This document shows positions 63,536-64,000 of a DNA stretch of 64,000 nucleotides, in pieces. The notes below the pieces were generated by a model. That model did no database searches and was not told the DNA's origin. It saw nothing but the letters and a program-made list of their open reading frames with translations. Both the position numbers and the translations under genes were made by a program. How positions within the stretch are numbered: the stretch's first letter is position 1; each line of letters begins with the position of its first letter. Origin of the DNA: Planctomycetota bacterium (lineage in GTDB: Bacteria; Planctomycetota; PLA2; JAEUHO01); the NCBI GenBank assembly GCA_050248855.1, contig JBFWRP010000009.1:1-64000 (forward strand), in the 5' to 3' direction.

Positions 63536-64000
63536 ATGCCGACACACGCCATCCCGAGGGTTCTCGCCGCGGTACTGCTGGGCGCCACGCTGGTGTCCGC
63601 CACCGCTGTCGCCGATGACAAGCCAACGAGTGGGGTCATCCAGCGACCGCCGCCCGCGCCGGCGCCGGAGGGTCCGTCGCGCGTCTACGACACCGCAGGA
63701 CTCGGCTTCACGCAGGAGATGCTTGCCGAGCTGCCTACGCACCCCAACGGCCGGATCTTCCTCATCGGCCGTGAAGCGGAGGGTTCCCAGCGACTCTTGG
63801 TGCAAGGCCCAGATGCCTTCCATCGCGCCGTCGAAGCCTGGATCGAGCAGCGGCGCGGTCTCCTCGAGGGTGTCGACACCGCCATCTTGAAGGGGCTCGT
63901 GTGGCACCTCGAGCAGCGGATCGAGGCCTCGCGTAGCCGCCACGCCCAGCTCGTGGATCAGCGCGAGGCACTCGATGGGCACCTTCGGCAACTCGCTCAG
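63536..64000 (+). CDS. Secreted hypothetical protein (runs off window)
   Basis: ATG after AGGAGA; MPTHAIPRVLAAVLLGATLVSATAVA signal peptide; open to the end of the window. Confidence 0.65.
   Translation, partial: MPTHAIPRVLAAVLLGATLVSATAVADDKPTSGVIQRPPPAPAPEGPSRVYDTAGLGFTQEMLAELPTHPNGRIFLIGREAEGSQRLLVQGPDAFHRAVEAWIEQRRGLLEGVDTAILKGLVWHLEQRIEASRSRHAQLVDQREALDGHLRQLAQ

Overview
High-GC bacterial window; the gene content (three Ser/Thr kinases, FGE-sulfatase, carboxypeptidase-regulatory-like, HEAT/vWA and FG-GAP proteins, class I FBP aldolase) suggests a Planctomycetota-like organism (inference). Most genes are housekeeping or envelope genes: M18 aminopeptidase, LemA, MFS, aldolase, MsrB, thermonuclease, IcmF, ArsR plus persulfide dioxygenase-rhodanese, RRM protein and BlaI/M56. 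Five things stand out. (1) A secreted FG-GAP repeat protein is split in the ORF track by an in-frame UGA (G-U-C motif) followed by a bacterial SECIS-like hairpin, so it is probably an unannotated selenoprotein. (2) An ECF sigma / putative anti-sigma / TPR-CHAT protease / S8 protease operon has a candidate promoter (CGTAT-N15-CGGCCTCT) that occurs twice with identical spacing, once in front of a divergent Asp-rich lipoprotein. (3) A ~5.3 kb island is integrated in tRNA-Ile2(CAU) and duplicates the 5' half of the tRNA rather than the usual 3' end. It carries a truncated integrase joined to a TIR remnant, an ART-like plus DUF6575-like gene pair and a DUF6941-like/HicB/HicA module. (4) An HNH nuclease-RuvB ATPase fusion at the left edge is missing from the ORF track. 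(5) Several proteins look like pseudo-enzymes. All family names come from motif recognition by eye; no searches were run.
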